The notes under the pieces were generated by a model. It saw only the letters and a program-made list of their open reading frames with translations, did not search any database and was not told the origin of the DNA. Shown one piece after another: positions 39,353-49,891 of a DNA stretch of 64,000 nt. A program made the position numbers and the translations under genes. Each line of letters begins with the position of its first letter. The first letter of the stretch is position 1. Where the stretch lies: sequence record PP885733.1; one strand, given 5' to 3'.

Positions 39353-39384
39353 CTAGAACTAGAGCCGCGAGGCTCTAGTTCTAG
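39353..39384. terminator. bidirectional hairpin terminator
   Basis: Perfect 14-bp stem CTAGAACTAGAGCC-GCGA-GGCTCTAGTTCTAG between convergent genes; TATG on both strands. Confidence 0.85.
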
Positions 39385-39394
39385 TATGTTTGGA

Positions 39395-40939
39395 TTATGC
39401 TTCCATATCGTCAAAGTCTGAGCCACCGCCCATTGCTTCACTTCTGTGTGCTAATGATTTTCTAAAGATCTTCTTCTCAAAGTTTATGTCATGTACCAAA
39501 CCGTTATGAGGATCGAGAGGATAAATACCAAAGCGTTGGGATTCAGGTGCGCCTTCACCACGCATCTTACCAACGTAGTAAGTGAAATAACATTCGTTGT
39601 TCTGGAGCTTAGCAACATGCAGACCGATTACACAGTCTACTTCGTTCGTCAGCTTCGTTGAACCTTCAGTCATTGACTTACCGCCAACATCACGGATGAA
39701 GTAAATCTCTGAGTCGTCATCCTGCTCACGGATATATTTCTTAGCATCCGGGTTAAGCTGGTGAGGAGTCAGGAATGCTGCACCACGAGAGGTAAAGAAG
39801 TTACGAGCACGGTTGTAGATGTTCTGGAGTTTGTCAGAACGAGATTCACCCACACACCCAGTCAAGTCAGCCATACCCAGATAGTCATACGCAGCAGCGA
39901 TGATTTCATGACCTTTCAGTTCAAGCGTACGAACACGCTGACAGATTTCATGAATGTTATCATGAGTCGGGTTAACACGATAGAACTTGAATGACCAACC
40001 GTTTTCTGCAAACGTTTCAACAATGGTATTTACAACGTCGTCAGTAGAAGCTGCGAAGAAGTCAGGCTTAACACCCGTCTTGGCAGTCTCGAATAACTCG
40101 TACATACGTTTGAAGATCAGACCCAGACTATCTTCAGCTGACATTAAGACAACTGTAGGAATCTTGGACTTGTTACGAAGCAGAGGTTTGTTATATAGAG
40201 GGATCGATGCGATGAGGTGAGCCAGACCAAATGACTTACCGCGGTTAGTCAGTGCTTCGATCATGTACATCAGACCACGACGGATACCACAGTCCGGATA
40301 CAGAGCTTCGTTCAAACCAGCTAAGCCAGTTTTCATGATACCTTCTGCTGAGGTCTCAACACGAAGTTGATTGATAACGTCTTTGATAGAGTCAGGGTTG
40401 TCAGAACCTGTTGCTTCTACTACAGCTCTGTCAAAGGTGTTTTCATTTAAAGCAGCAATCTTTTCAGAGATAAGTTCACTGACTTTAATCCAGTCATCCT
40501 TAGCAAGATCAGTCTCACCTTCGAAGAGGAAAGGACGAACCATGTTGCGGAACTGAAATGCGAACTTACCACGACTATCTACTTCATTCAGCTCTTTAAT
40601 AATTTGAAAGATGAGCTGTCGTGCATCTTCGGTACCCAGGTCTGTCTTGAACGATGAATCCAGAACTTTCTCTAACTCAGGAGAGAGAAGAACAATCTCC
40701 GTAATCATAGTAGACATCAGGGATGTTATGATGTTGGAGTCTTCCGGCTGTTCACGAATCCACGAGAGTAGCTTGCGAAGTTTTGATTCTGTCTTCTTGT
40801 CATTCTGCACCAGACTTTCTTTACTCTTAGGAATGTCGTCTGCCAGTAATAACAATTCGTCCATTAAGTCCTTGTCTTTCAAACGCCAAGCTTGGAACAT
40901 GGCTTGTGCAATTTTGACGAGACGAATCAGGTTGTTCAT
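39395..40939 (-). CDS. dnaB: DnaB-like replicative helicase (phiKZ gp118-like)
   Basis: Walker A EALTNRGKS, SAED, AAYDYLG, TPHQLN, VGKMRG arginine finger. Confidence 0.9.
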   Translation of the reverse strand: MNNLIRLVKIAQAMFQAWRLKDKDLMDELLLLADDIPKSKESLVQNDKKTESKLRKLLSWIREQPEDSNIITSLMSTMITEIVLLSPELEKVLDSSFKTDLGTEDARQLIFQIIKELNEVDSRGKFAFQFRNMVRPFLFEGETDLAKDDWIKVSELISEKIAALNENTFDRAVVEATGSDNPDSIKDVINQLRVETSAEGIMKTGLAGLNEALYPDCGIRRGLMYMIEALTNRGKSFGLAHLIASIPLYNKPLLRNKSKIPTVVLMSAEDSLGLIFKRMYELFETAKTGVKPDFFAASTDDVVNTIVETFAENGWSFKFYRVNPTHDNIHEICQRVRTLELKGHEIIAAAYDYLGMADLTGCVGESRSDKLQNIYNRARNFFTSRGAAFLTPHQLNPDAKKYIREQDDDSEIYFIRDVGGKSMTEGSTKLTNEVDCVIGLHVAKLQNNECYFTYYVGKMRGEGAPESQRFGIYPLDPHNGLVHDINFEKKIFRKSLAHRSEAMGGGSDFDDMEA

Positions 40940-40977
40940 TTAAAGCTCCTCGGTTATAAATTCTTTAAGGTAAAATT

Positions 40978-41526
40978 ATGATCTTTAAGTTCGGAGATAA
41001 AGAAATCGAGATCTACTTCTTGCAGAAGACTCATCTCGATCTTTTGAATTCTTACAATATCGATCTCTCACAGTTGCCATATCTGCCACGTTGCAAAGAG
41101 GTGACTGACGAGGATTGTCTCGACTGGTTGAGCTTCCAACGAGCCGTTGAGAAACAATACTGTGGCTTTAAGAGTACAACTTATGATTATACCGGTAATA
41201 TAAAACTGGGTAACATTAATCGTGAAGGTGTACTTTATAAAGCAAAATATGAAGAAGTACTTAATGGTGACCGTAGTGTTAATTTAGGTCCTAACTTCTA
41301 CTTCCATGAATTTAATGGGAAGCTGTTCATTCTCAGTAGTAATAATACTGTGAACGATACGTTGTTCAAATCTGTACAGGGGAATCTGGCCAGTTCTCTT
41401 TATCAGTCCTTGCTGTCGGCCTTTAGTATGTTTGAACTGTACTTCCGTGAGAACACTACTCTTAAGGAGACAGTGGCTGAAAGAAAACACATTGACCTCG
41501 GTTTTGTGATTTCTAAAGCGTTGTAG
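40978..41526 (+). CDS. conserved hypothetical protein upstream of the capsid gene
   Basis: AAGGT SD; divergent from dnaB. Confidence 0.7.
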   Translation: MIFKFGDKEIEIYFLQKTHLDLLNSYNIDLSQLPYLPRCKEVTDEDCLDWLSFQRAVEKQYCGFKSTTYDYTGNIKLGNINREGVLYKAKYEEVLNGDRSVNLGPNFYFHEFNGKLFILSSNNTVNDTLFKSVQGNLASSLYQSLLSAFSMFELYFRENTTLKETVAERKHIDLGFVISKAL

Positions 41527-41651
41527 TATTAGTAATACTTTGTGTAACAGTGATGTATCAAGCCTTAAGACTATCTTATGCGTAAAAATACACACTGACG
41601 CGAACAAATATATTTGTTTTCAAAAGTCTTTTCGTTAAAAGGTAATTATCA

Positions 41652-43811
41652 ATGGAACAGAATAAATTCCGCTTCAAGACCTCCAAAGCTGGCGGTGACC
41701 TGAAAGCAATCATCCTGGGTGTCGCGTCTGGCCGTCTGGCAGAAGCAAAAGGCGATCTGACTTCCATCGTCGGCGCAGAGTCAATGACCGCTGGTCTGAA
41801 AACTCTGGAAGCAGGCATGGGCTTTGGCCAGAAGACCGCTGTTGAATCCGCTATCGCAACTGCCGGCAACAACTCTGCCTTTACTCAGCGCGCTGAACAA
41901 CTCCGTGACATGATCAAACACGGCGGTATGGAAAGCTTCTCTATGCAGCTGGACCAAGGTGCTGTAGCTCGTCAGAAAGCTGCAACCATCGAGCTGAACG
42001 CCCGTTCTAACCGTCAGTGGGAAGCTGCAGAAACTCTGTATCCTACTCTGGTTGTTCCTTACGATCAGGAAGCTCTGGTTCTGCCAATCGACATCGCTGG
42101 TGTTGGTGCTTATAACAGCTCCGGCAACGCCAACGAAGCTTTCGAAGATCTGCGCCCAATCGCATCTGTACTGTCTGACAGCAAATTCAACGCTGGCGAC
42201 GACCTGAAACTGGTTCCAGTTGTGCCGGCTAACCCAGCCGATGCTAACGCTGCAATGTTCGTTCCGGCTGCTGACTTCACTCCGTGGGATGTGAGCTACG
42301 ACGCCAACGATCTGCTGAAACGTGAAGCGCACAAAACCAACTTCCTGGCGATCCGCAAAATCAACAACCTGCTGTCCCTGTGCCGCGCGCCTGGTTCTGC
42401 AGCGTTCGAACAGAACGACGAAATTGAATCCAGCTCTATTCGCCTGAATCAGCTGCTGATCAAAATCAAAACCAAAGACGGCGAAGGCTTCGCGACTCTG
42501 GATACCAGCAACATGGCTGGCATCGCTGCGCGTCCATCTACCGGCGTGACCTCTGATGAAAAACGTCAGATCAACTTCGTTCTGAACAACCTGGCTGTAA
42601 CTCAGCTGAAAGACGCCGCTGGCGCTCCGACCTCTCTGTTCAAGTCTCTGCAAGACGCTGGTCTGAAAGTGTTCGTTTCTCTGGAACTGAGCGCTACCTA
42701 CCATCGTTCTACCCGTAGCTGGTCTCCAACCGTATCTCCGGTTGCTATCGCCTACGTGATCAACAAAGACGGCGACCGTCTGGTAGTTGGCTCTTCTCAG
42801 ATGCCTGCTGATACTACCGCTCTGATCACTGCACAGGCGCTGGAAGCGTCCATCCACGGCGTTGAGCTGAAGATGAACCACGCGAACACCAACCGTAGCC
42901 GTTACGGTACTACTGTTGTTTACGCGAACACCGTTAAAACCTACAACATCAACCGTCGCCAGCCGATCTCTGTTAAGTACCCAATGCTTAACGACGATAA
43001 CAACGCTGACGTTCTGGCGATGCTGGTCCAGCAGATGGACATCATGGTTACCCGCAACATGTCTCACGACGCATTCAAAGCTGCCAACGCGCACTTCGAC
43101 TACGTCTACGACAACAACGGTATGAAGATCGTTAATATCAACGACGATTCCTCTTCCGTACTGCCGGGTCAACACTTCCTGGGTACCACCGGTATCGAAA
43201 CTAAGATCGACCTGATCAAAGAAGTTTCGACTCTGGACTCCAAAGACACCCTGGATAACATCCGTGCTGCTCTGGTGAACAAAGTCTACGACATCATCAC
43301 CGGTCTGCGCGTTCGTTCCAACATCGCGGCTCTGAAAGAGCTGGACGGTCGTGAAGAAGAGTACGTTATCGTTGCTCACGCTTCCCTGGCTCCGTTCCTG
43401 ATGACCGTTGGTGACTACCGTACTTTCGGTACCAACGTGAAGTTCAGCGTTGTTGAAACCAACATCGACTCCGAAATCGGCCGTATGTGGGTTGTTCCTA
43501 AGTCTCAGACTAAGAACGGCGACATCGACATCTTCGGCGGCATGGGCATCTGCGTGACCAAAGAACTGCTGGTAATCGAAGGTTCCGTACAGCAGTCTGA
43601 CCGTCAGTACCGCATGATCATCACCCAGCCGGCTTACCAACACCACAGCCTGTGCCCAGTAGCTGGTCGCCTGACCATCACCGACATCGACAAACTGATG
43701 GGTGACGAAGGTCTGATCGCTCAGGTTAACAAGCACCTGGTAGAAGTAAGTGGTAAACTGGAAGGCGCTGCAGGCGGCACCGGTAAAGAAATCCCGGTTG
43801 AGATTCCATAA
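41652..43811 (+). CDS. major capsid protein precursor (phiKZ gp120-like)
   Basis: 719 aa, strongest codon bias in the window, GAES/GMES propeptide sites (E43, E94), located between dnaB and the RNAP beta gene. Confidence 0.85.
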   Translation: MEQNKFRFKTSKAGGDLKAIILGVASGRLAEAKGDLTSIVGAESMTAGLKTLEAGMGFGQKTAVESAIATAGNNSAFTQRAEQLRDMIKHGGMESFSMQLDQGAVARQKAATIELNARSNRQWEAAETLYPTLVVPYDQEALVLPIDIAGVGAYNSSGNANEAFEDLRPIASVLSDSKFNAGDDLKLVPVVPANPADANAAMFVPAADFTPWDVSYDANDLLKREAHKTNFLAIRKINNLLSLCRAPGSAAFEQNDEIESSSIRLNQLLIKIKTKDGEGFATLDTSNMAGIAARPSTGVTSDEKRQINFVLNNLAVTQLKDAAGAPTSLFKSLQDAGLKVFVSLELSATYHRSTRSWSPTVSPVAIAYVINKDGDRLVVGSSQMPADTTALITAQALEASIHGVELKMNHANTNRSRYGTTVVYANTVKTYNINRRQPISVKYPMLNDDNNADVLAMLVQQMDIMVTRNMSHDAFKAANAHFDYVYDNNGMKIVNINDDSSSVLPGQHFLGTTGIETKIDLIKEVSTLDSKDTLDNIRAALVNKVYDIITGLRVRSNIAALKELDGREEEYVIVAHASLAPFLMTVGDYRTFGTNVKFSVVETNIDSEIGRMWVVPKSQTKNGDIDIFGGMGICVTKELLVIEGSVQQSDRQYRMIITQPAYQHHSLCPVAGRLTITDIDKLMGDEGLIAQVNKHLVEVSGKLEGAAGGTGKEIPVEIP

Positions 43812-43847
43812 TAGATCTCTCCCAGGTAAAAAGCTAAAAGCTTGAAT

Positions 43848-43879
43848 CCTCCTACCTCACCTTCGGGTGGGGTAGGGGG
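43848..43879 (+). terminator. TACC/GGTA-family hairpin terminator with U-tract
   Basis: CCTCCTACCTCACC-TTCG-GGTGGGGTAGGGGG, then TTTTTG. Confidence 0.85.
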
Positions 43880-43983
43880 TTTTTGCTGTTTGGTATTTAA
43901 ATGTCTATATAAATTTAAGCAGATATTATCTACAGGTAAGTATACGTATATTTATTTGTTTAAACTTATTAGAGGATTTCGAA

Positions 43984-45081
43984 TTGGCATATGTGTCCGG
44001 TGATACCTGGCACCCAGATCGTCATTCCCCTTATATGAACGCGGTGGAGTATTTCAACTACAGTAACAGGGATATCACACTTGTTGATAAACTCGGTTGT
44101 GAAACTGAGTTGTTACGTAGATCTGAAAATCCATTCGATATTGGTGATCGCGGTTATATCGTTATTCGAGTTACTCGGCTTGTTGATCCACGTCGAGTAG
44201 TTGTTCCAGAGACTGGAGCGAATAATGAGATAGATCAAATCTTCCTTCATGAATTCCGTAACAAGGTTCTTGAAAGAAGGGAACAGATCATCGAGGGGAC
44301 ATCTGGGTATAATCAATGTAAAATGATTATTCAGTTTGAGATCAGACTGAAGCCAGAAAGCAGAAACATTAACTACAAGTCAGAACTGTTAGGTATCTTC
44401 ATTAAGGAATCCGAAGATTATTCGGTAACTCCTCATGTCGCAACACCTGACGGATTCATCAATCGAGTAATGGTTCCAGATCTTATCGAGATGGACAAGA
44501 AAGATGATGAAGGTAAAGAAAAGGGTATCAGGACAATTTGTTCTGCTAGACTAATCGACAACAACAAACGAGTTGGTACGCTCTGGACTAATATGTTCGG
44601 TACGGCGACCAAGATCGAACCAGTTAAAGATGAGGAACAACAAGAAGGGCTATACTTAGCCGGCGGACATAACTTAGAGATTAAACGATTCATCCCAATA
44701 GCACAACTGTTGGAACCCAAAGCACTAATCGAGTTCGGGCTCTTTATAACAGAGCTTGAATGTAAGAAGAATAGCACAGGAGAATATACCGCTTCGGTTA
44801 TAACCGAGAGAGATAAGACAAAGAAAGAGAACCGTTCTCTCAGAGATGAGAACAGCAAGTTGTCTCAGAAAGTGACTGTTATGGAACTCGATGCGAAAGC
44901 AGAAAAGGTCAACAAAGCACACAGTGAGTACAAGCATACTCGCAACGCAGACAACATGAAAGATTACTACGAAGGCAATACGTTAGCGTTAGGAGCAAGG
45001 TTGGCTGACAAGCTACTAATGTTAATAAAGGGTGGGTTATCTCTCCTCGCAGCCTTTAAATTAATTAAGTCATTCATATAG
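43984..45081 (+). CDS. conserved hypothetical protein with C-terminal coiled coil and hydrophobic tail
   Basis: TTG start with AGAGGA SD. Confidence 0.75.
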   Translation: MAYVSGDTWHPDRHSPYMNAVEYFNYSNRDITLVDKLGCETELLRRSENPFDIGDRGYIVIRVTRLVDPRRVVVPETGANNEIDQIFLHEFRNKVLERREQIIEGTSGYNQCKMIIQFEIRLKPESRNINYKSELLGIFIKESEDYSVTPHVATPDGFINRVMVPDLIEMDKKDDEGKEKGIRTICSARLIDNNKRVGTLWTNMFGTATKIEPVKDEEQQEGLYLAGGHNLEIKRFIPIAQLLEPKALIEFGLFITELECKKNSTGEYTASVITERDKTKKENRSLRDENSKLSQKVTVMELDAKAEKVNKAHSEYKHTRNADNMKDYYEGNTLALGARLADKLLMLIKGGLSLLAAFKLIKSFI

Positions 45082-45090
45082 GAGCAGTAA

Positions 45091-46821
45091 ATGGATCCCC
45101 AGGTTCTCAAGAAGATCGCCAGTGCGCGCGGCGGATTTACCAAGGAACTCACGGATGGCTGGCATAAGAAGGACATGGATCGAATCATTCCTTACTTTGA
45201 AAAATGTTTGGAAAACATGTTCCGGTCTCTGAAAGAAAAAGGTTATCACTTTGACGGTATTGACAGAGTGTGTCCTTTGGAATTCTACAACGCTATTACC
45301 AGATCGTCTAGCAGTGGTACAAAAGACTTTGAGATCGCGAAGAACTCGTTCTTCGGTATCAAGTTAAACAACCACTACGTCGATCCAGTTAGCGGGGTTG
45401 TCTCTGAACTGAAATCTCCACTGATGTTCCTGCCGTATACCAACAACTATGGCGACATCTTTACACGTAATAGCACGTATTCACTTCAGTATGTTTTATC
45501 TGAACGTGGTCCGTCTGTAGATGGTGGTCGTGAAAAGACTATCTTCATTCGTGTACTGGGTTATAAGTTCAAAGTAACCAAAGAGATCCATACCTTTAAC
45601 CGGGTATATCGTGCGGGTACAAACATCGTGACCAGTGCCATTAACATGACGCTGCCAGCGAACCGTTTCTACAACTCCCGTAACGATCGCAAGATCACCA
45701 GTAAGAAAGTACCAATACCGTTGCTTGCCTGGTATGTGTTCGGTAAGTATGGATTCACACACTGCATGAGAGAGTTTGCGGAATGTGAGTTCATGATTGA
45801 TACCATGGATACCCTGGTCGATATCTGTCCACAAGAAGATGGCTGGGAGATCTATTCGAACACCGCATCAATCCACCCGAAAGCTTTCGATCGTCCAAAG
45901 GGAACTCCGTTACTGGAAGAACCGGCGATTGCGATTAAGAGCCGTAATAAAGGTGGTGAGATCAGTAACCTGGCATTGCAGTATGCGGCTGGTGCATTGT
46001 TCATGTTCGGCGTATTCAGTCATGAGCTGGATGTGCGTCGTCTGGACGATATCAATTACTGGCGTTGGATTATCGGTCGTTGTTCAATTCGTCTGCCAAG
46101 CAAAACCCTGCCTGAAGTCTACCTTCGTCAAATGAACGAACACTTCAGTTCTGTGGAAGAGTATGCTGACGATATTACAATCGATAAGTATAACAAGTTC
46201 GACATCGAAGTCCGCGACACTTATGAGTTGCTGAACTACTTGATGATGAACTATTCCAACCTGATCAAGCTGTATGATCCGGCGGACATGTTGCATAAAG
46301 AGTTGGCCTCTATGGAATTCCTCATGGACTTCCTGATTCACCAGGCGAACGACTTTAAGTTCATGATTCGTAATAAGTCGAACATCACACCGAAAATCAT
46401 TAACCGTGAACTGGATGCGCATTTCCGTTTATTCAACGCAGACAGATCGGTTCGTGAAAACAACACCATCCTCGAACAGACCGGTACTGACAACCCGTTC
46501 ATCGACTATGGTGCAGGTATCATTCTCCAAACCAAATCCACGGTTAACCGCGGACCTGGTAAGAAGAAAGAAGAGTTCGATGCCAACCATCCTGGTAGTA
46601 TGATTCACGCTTCGCAACCGTTCGTGACTTCCTATCAGTATGCGTCTAAACCTAACCCAGATGGTCGTGGGATGCTTCAGCCGCGCGTGTACCTTGTACA
46701 AGGTCGCTATACGTCGCTGCGTCCAGAAGACCGTGGGTTGTACGAAGCTGTCAAGCACAGACTTAAGAACAAAGAAAGCTTCGGGACGCCTAAAGTACTT
46801 AAGGGGGTCCAGAAAGCATAA
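45091..46821 (+). CDS. rpoB: RNA polymerase beta N-terminal subunit (non-virion RNAP, phiKZ gp123-like)
   Basis: MFLPYT..GDIF..YSLQYVLSERG pattern of the beta protrusion region; ..PNPDGRGMLQP C-terminus; synteny after the capsid gene. Confidence 0.75.
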   Translation: MDPQVLKKIASARGGFTKELTDGWHKKDMDRIIPYFEKCLENMFRSLKEKGYHFDGIDRVCPLEFYNAITRSSSSGTKDFEIAKNSFFGIKLNNHYVDPVSGVVSELKSPLMFLPYTNNYGDIFTRNSTYSLQYVLSERGPSVDGGREKTIFIRVLGYKFKVTKEIHTFNRVYRAGTNIVTSAINMTLPANRFYNSRNDRKITSKKVPIPLLAWYVFGKYGFTHCMREFAECEFMIDTMDTLVDICPQEDGWEIYSNTASIHPKAFDRPKGTPLLEEPAIAIKSRNKGGEISNLALQYAAGALFMFGVFSHELDVRRLDDINYWRWIIGRCSIRLPSKTLPEVYLRQMNEHFSSVEEYADDITIDKYNKFDIEVRDTYELLNYLMMNYSNLIKLYDPADMLHKELASMEFLMDFLIHQANDFKFMIRNKSNITPKIINRELDAHFRLFNADRSVRENNTILEQTGTDNPFIDYGAGIILQTKSTVNRGPGKKKEEFDANHPGSMIHASQPFVTSYQYASKPNPDGRGMLQPRVYLVQGRYTSLRPEDRGLYEAVKHRLKNKESFGTPKVLKGVQKA

Positions 46822-46853
46822 CCAAACTTTAAAAGAATATAGAGAGATAAACA

Positions 46854-49271
46854 ATGAGCACTCCAGGCGTATTGACCGGTCGTAACCCAAACATGAACAA
46901 CATGATGCAGGGTAACAACCAACAATTGGGTAATAACCAACAAACCAACCAGCCACAGCAAAACCCGTTGGCTAACTTGGCAGCACTGGCAGGTCGTTTC
47001 TCTGGCAACGCAAACGGTCAGGGTAACAACGCAAGCCTTTATAATTTCGCAGGTAATAAAACTGGCCACATGACTGGTCTGTTTGCGATGGATGAAGGTT
47101 TGGCCGAAGAACAAATGAAAGCGCAAGCCCTCATCGAAGGTGGTGCTTATGGTAGCAGCCTGGCAAACATTCTGTTAAAACGTGTAGCCAAGCATCCGTT
47201 CTATCATTCACTGCAAGCAGCCATGGATCGTTTTAAGACTCCTATCAAAGGCGGGAACCAAGAGCAAGGGTTCGTTGACTTTGTAAATGAGCTGAACTTC
47301 AACCAAGGTCTGTATAACTTCGTCGTGCTTCAGGTAGCAATTCAGTATGGTATTGAATTCGCTATTGCTGTCACACAAGGCGATGAGCGTATCCGCGATC
47401 CACAGTCTCGTGATCTACAGCAAAACCTGGTATATCGCATTTCATGTGATACTATCTGGATGCAGTATTTCGATTACTTGACTAACCACCCTGAAGGTAC
47501 TCAATTGTTCTATCGTCTGAGCACTTCTGCGAAAGAAGTAGCAACAAAGAACGATGTGGCAATTGCAGAACTTATCATGCAACGTTACACCTGGGGTAAC
47601 CAGCAGTGTCCATGGCGTGGCGGTCGTTTGACCGAAATGCAGGGCAAAGTAATGTCTGGTAGTCCAATCCTGGATGTTGCCAACCCGACCGATATGGGCT
47701 TTGGTGGTATGTTCTATAATCCCAACATGCCTCATAACAACAACGGTGGTAACGATCAGAACGTCGATCAGCAAGGTATGCGTGAACTGTATAAGTACAT
47801 TCACCAGACTGCTCAAGAGCGTGCAGAAAGGCTGCAAGGTGGTGAGGCGTTTGCTCGCCCTGAAAATACCATCCCAGCAACTATGTATAGCAACTTCGAT
47901 CAGCCTGAACTGAAGCTGATGGATATCTCGATGGATAACCGTTTCAAATATAAACTGGGTGACTATGGTCGTCAGGTTCCTGGAACGGATTGGTGGATCA
48001 TTAAGAACGAAGACATGCAGTACATCGGCCGTGCTCTGACACTGGAAGATGGTTCTGTATTCCGTATGCTTGATGTCCGTTGTGTTGGTGCGGTTCCTGT
48101 ATATCGCATTGACTGGCAGCATGGGGTATTCAGTTATAAACTGATTCCTCATAATCTGAAAATGGTGGATCCAATGGAAGCTCTCATCAGCGACCCAAGC
48201 AAATTACTTCCTTATATGTATGAGGAAGACGGTATCCAGAAACATACCTTCGATCCGGTTGTTATGGAAACCAACAAGTTCGTCAATGACGGGAAGATCA
48301 TTCCTGTTGGTGAACTGAAGGGCCTGGAGCGTGAACCGAACATTCTGATCGGTAACCGTGTAGTAGATATGGATGGGGAAAATGATCAGACCATGTCCCG
48401 CATGGAAATTCTGACTAAGACTCATGATAAACACGATAAGCTGGATGCCTTTGTATTGGCAACTCGCATTAACCGTGAGTTCAAAATGGAAGACGATACC
48501 AACATGGAATCCTTCTATGAAACTTTCGGTCGTGTAGTAAAAGCAAACAACGTTGGCCTGAAAGATACCGCTCGTGTTCTGCGTGCTGTACGCGTTGCAC
48601 TGGTAGAGTATGAAGGTACTGAGTTCCACGACTTCATGGTTCCGTATGTGACCAATATCTTTAACCGCTGGGTTATTGAATGCCGTGGGTATTGCGAGAC
48701 TAAGGAAGAAAGCATCGCAACCAACAACCAAACTCCATTCGTTCGTTCCTCCAACATCTTCGAAGATCTGGACGACGTAATCGAAATGTTCCGTCAGCAC
48801 GATCCAGCATCCCTGGTTGCGTTCATGGATTTCGAATCGAATGAGTTCTTCCGTACCAACTTGGAAATTCTGATGCCTCGTGAAGAAGCACAGAAGAAAC
48901 TGGAAAAGCAGTTCGAGAATGAAGACGAATATCTGAAACCGGCTCTGAAAGCTGTTGCAGAGAAAACCGTAGTCATGACTCGTGACACTGTGCTGATCGA
49001 AGTTAAGAAACAAGTCGCTCCACGTACTTGTGAGCAAGTCGTTATTAAAGAGTCCGGTAACCCGATGCTCTTTGCGATCATCAAGGAGGCGATTAAGACT
49101 GTCGGTAAACACTACCTTGACCGTCCGCAAGTCCTGATTCGTTTCAACAACGATGAGCACAAGAAAGTTTGGGTAGTTACTCCAAGCGATCTGGATCCAC
49201 AGCACGTGTATCACCTGCGTACTGTTGTTGACTATCAGAAGTATTGCCACGTATTACCGATGATAAGCTAA
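46854..49271 (+). CDS. large hypothetical protein with N/Q-rich low-complexity segments
   Basis: 805 aa; RNPNMNNMMQGNNQQLGNNQQTNQPQQN.. and HNNNGGNDQNVDQQ. Confidence 0.85.
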   Translation: MSTPGVLTGRNPNMNNMMQGNNQQLGNNQQTNQPQQNPLANLAALAGRFSGNANGQGNNASLYNFAGNKTGHMTGLFAMDEGLAEEQMKAQALIEGGAYGSSLANILLKRVAKHPFYHSLQAAMDRFKTPIKGGNQEQGFVDFVNELNFNQGLYNFVVLQVAIQYGIEFAIAVTQGDERIRDPQSRDLQQNLVYRISCDTIWMQYFDYLTNHPEGTQLFYRLSTSAKEVATKNDVAIAELIMQRYTWGNQQCPWRGGRLTEMQGKVMSGSPILDVANPTDMGFGGMFYNPNMPHNNNGGNDQNVDQQGMRELYKYIHQTAQERAERLQGGEAFARPENTIPATMYSNFDQPELKLMDISMDNRFKYKLGDYGRQVPGTDWWIIKNEDMQYIGRALTLEDGSVFRMLDVRCVGAVPVYRIDWQHGVFSYKLIPHNLKMVDPMEALISDPSKLLPYMYEEDGIQKHTFDPVVMETNKFVNDGKIIPVGELKGLEREPNILIGNRVVDMDGENDQTMSRMEILTKTHDKHDKLDAFVLATRINREFKMEDDTNMESFYETFGRVVKANNVGLKDTARVLRAVRVALVEYEGTEFHDFMVPYVTNIFNRWVIECRGYCETKEESIATNNQTPFVRSSNIFEDLDDVIEMFRQHDPASLVAFMDFESNEFFRTNLEILMPREEAQKKLEKQFENEDEYLKPALKAVAEKTVVMTRDTVLIEVKKQVAPRTCEQVVIKESGNPMLFAIIKEAIKTVGKHYLDRPQVLIRFNNDEHKKVWVVTPSDLDPQHVYHLRTVVDYQKYCHVLPMIS

Positions 49272-49301
49272 TAGTTTAATTCATGAATTAAGTTATGCAA
49301 T

Positions 49302-49331
49302 GGGAGAACTGGGCGGAGGCTCAGTTCTCTC
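49302..49331 (+). terminator. hairpin terminator
   Basis: GGGAGAACTGGGC-GGAG-GCTCAGTTCTCTC, then TTTG. Confidence 0.7.
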
Positions 49332-49451
49332 TTTGTGCTTATGCGGTCATTCAGTGGCTTTTATTATATAGATGGAACATTATCCGTCTTTAGAACAAAA
49401 GCTTCTCAGAATGCGTTACATTGCGCTTAACACTTATTATAGGATATACTA

Positions 49452-49883
49452 ATGAAAACTTTCACTACCTCTATCTTCGTACCTGCTAAATTCAAAGCTG
49501 AACTGAACGTTATGCAAGAGTATGAACTCTCTACTAAACTGTTCAACAAAGCTATTCCGATCAGTGATGATCTGGGTACGGGTGCTCTCGATGAACTGAA
49601 AGGTGATGAAGAGTTTATCTTGATCGTTAATGGTCAGCACGAGAAACACCATTTGAAGATGAAGGTATCTTCCCATGCTGCTGGTAAGCCTCGTTTGATG
49701 TTTATCGAGCCTGAATTACCAGAAGTTAAACGTTTCATGGAATGGCGTATCGATCAGACTAAGCGCATGGCTCAGAAGAACGGTACGCAATACCAACTGC
49801 GTAACTTCACCACAGTAGACTTACGTCGTTTAATTCGCAGCGCTTATGCAGGCGGCGAACGTCATCACGTAAACTACCGTTAA
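49452..49883 (+). CDS. hypothetical protein (143 aa)
   Basis: AGGA SD; strong codon bias. Confidence 0.75.
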   Translation: MKTFTTSIFVPAKFKAELNVMQEYELSTKLFNKAIPISDDLGTGALDELKGDEEFILIVNGQHEKHHLKMKVSSHAAGKPRLMFIEPELPEVKRFMEWRIDQTKRMAQKNGTQYQLRNFTTVDLRRLIRSAYAGGERHHVNYR

Positions 49884-49891
49884 GGAACCCT

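Noticed and set aside
41781-43736. 651-aa antisense ORF inside the major capsid gene
   Set aside because: Shadow of strong RNY-type codon bias on the sense strand (few antisense stops); V/D/F/G-rich sequence with no motifs and no RBS.
188-46821. Four separate RNA polymerase fragments suggesting pseudogenes or gene decay
   Set aside because: Split beta/beta' subunits of two RNAPs are the established architecture of phiKZ-like phages; the ORFs are intact.
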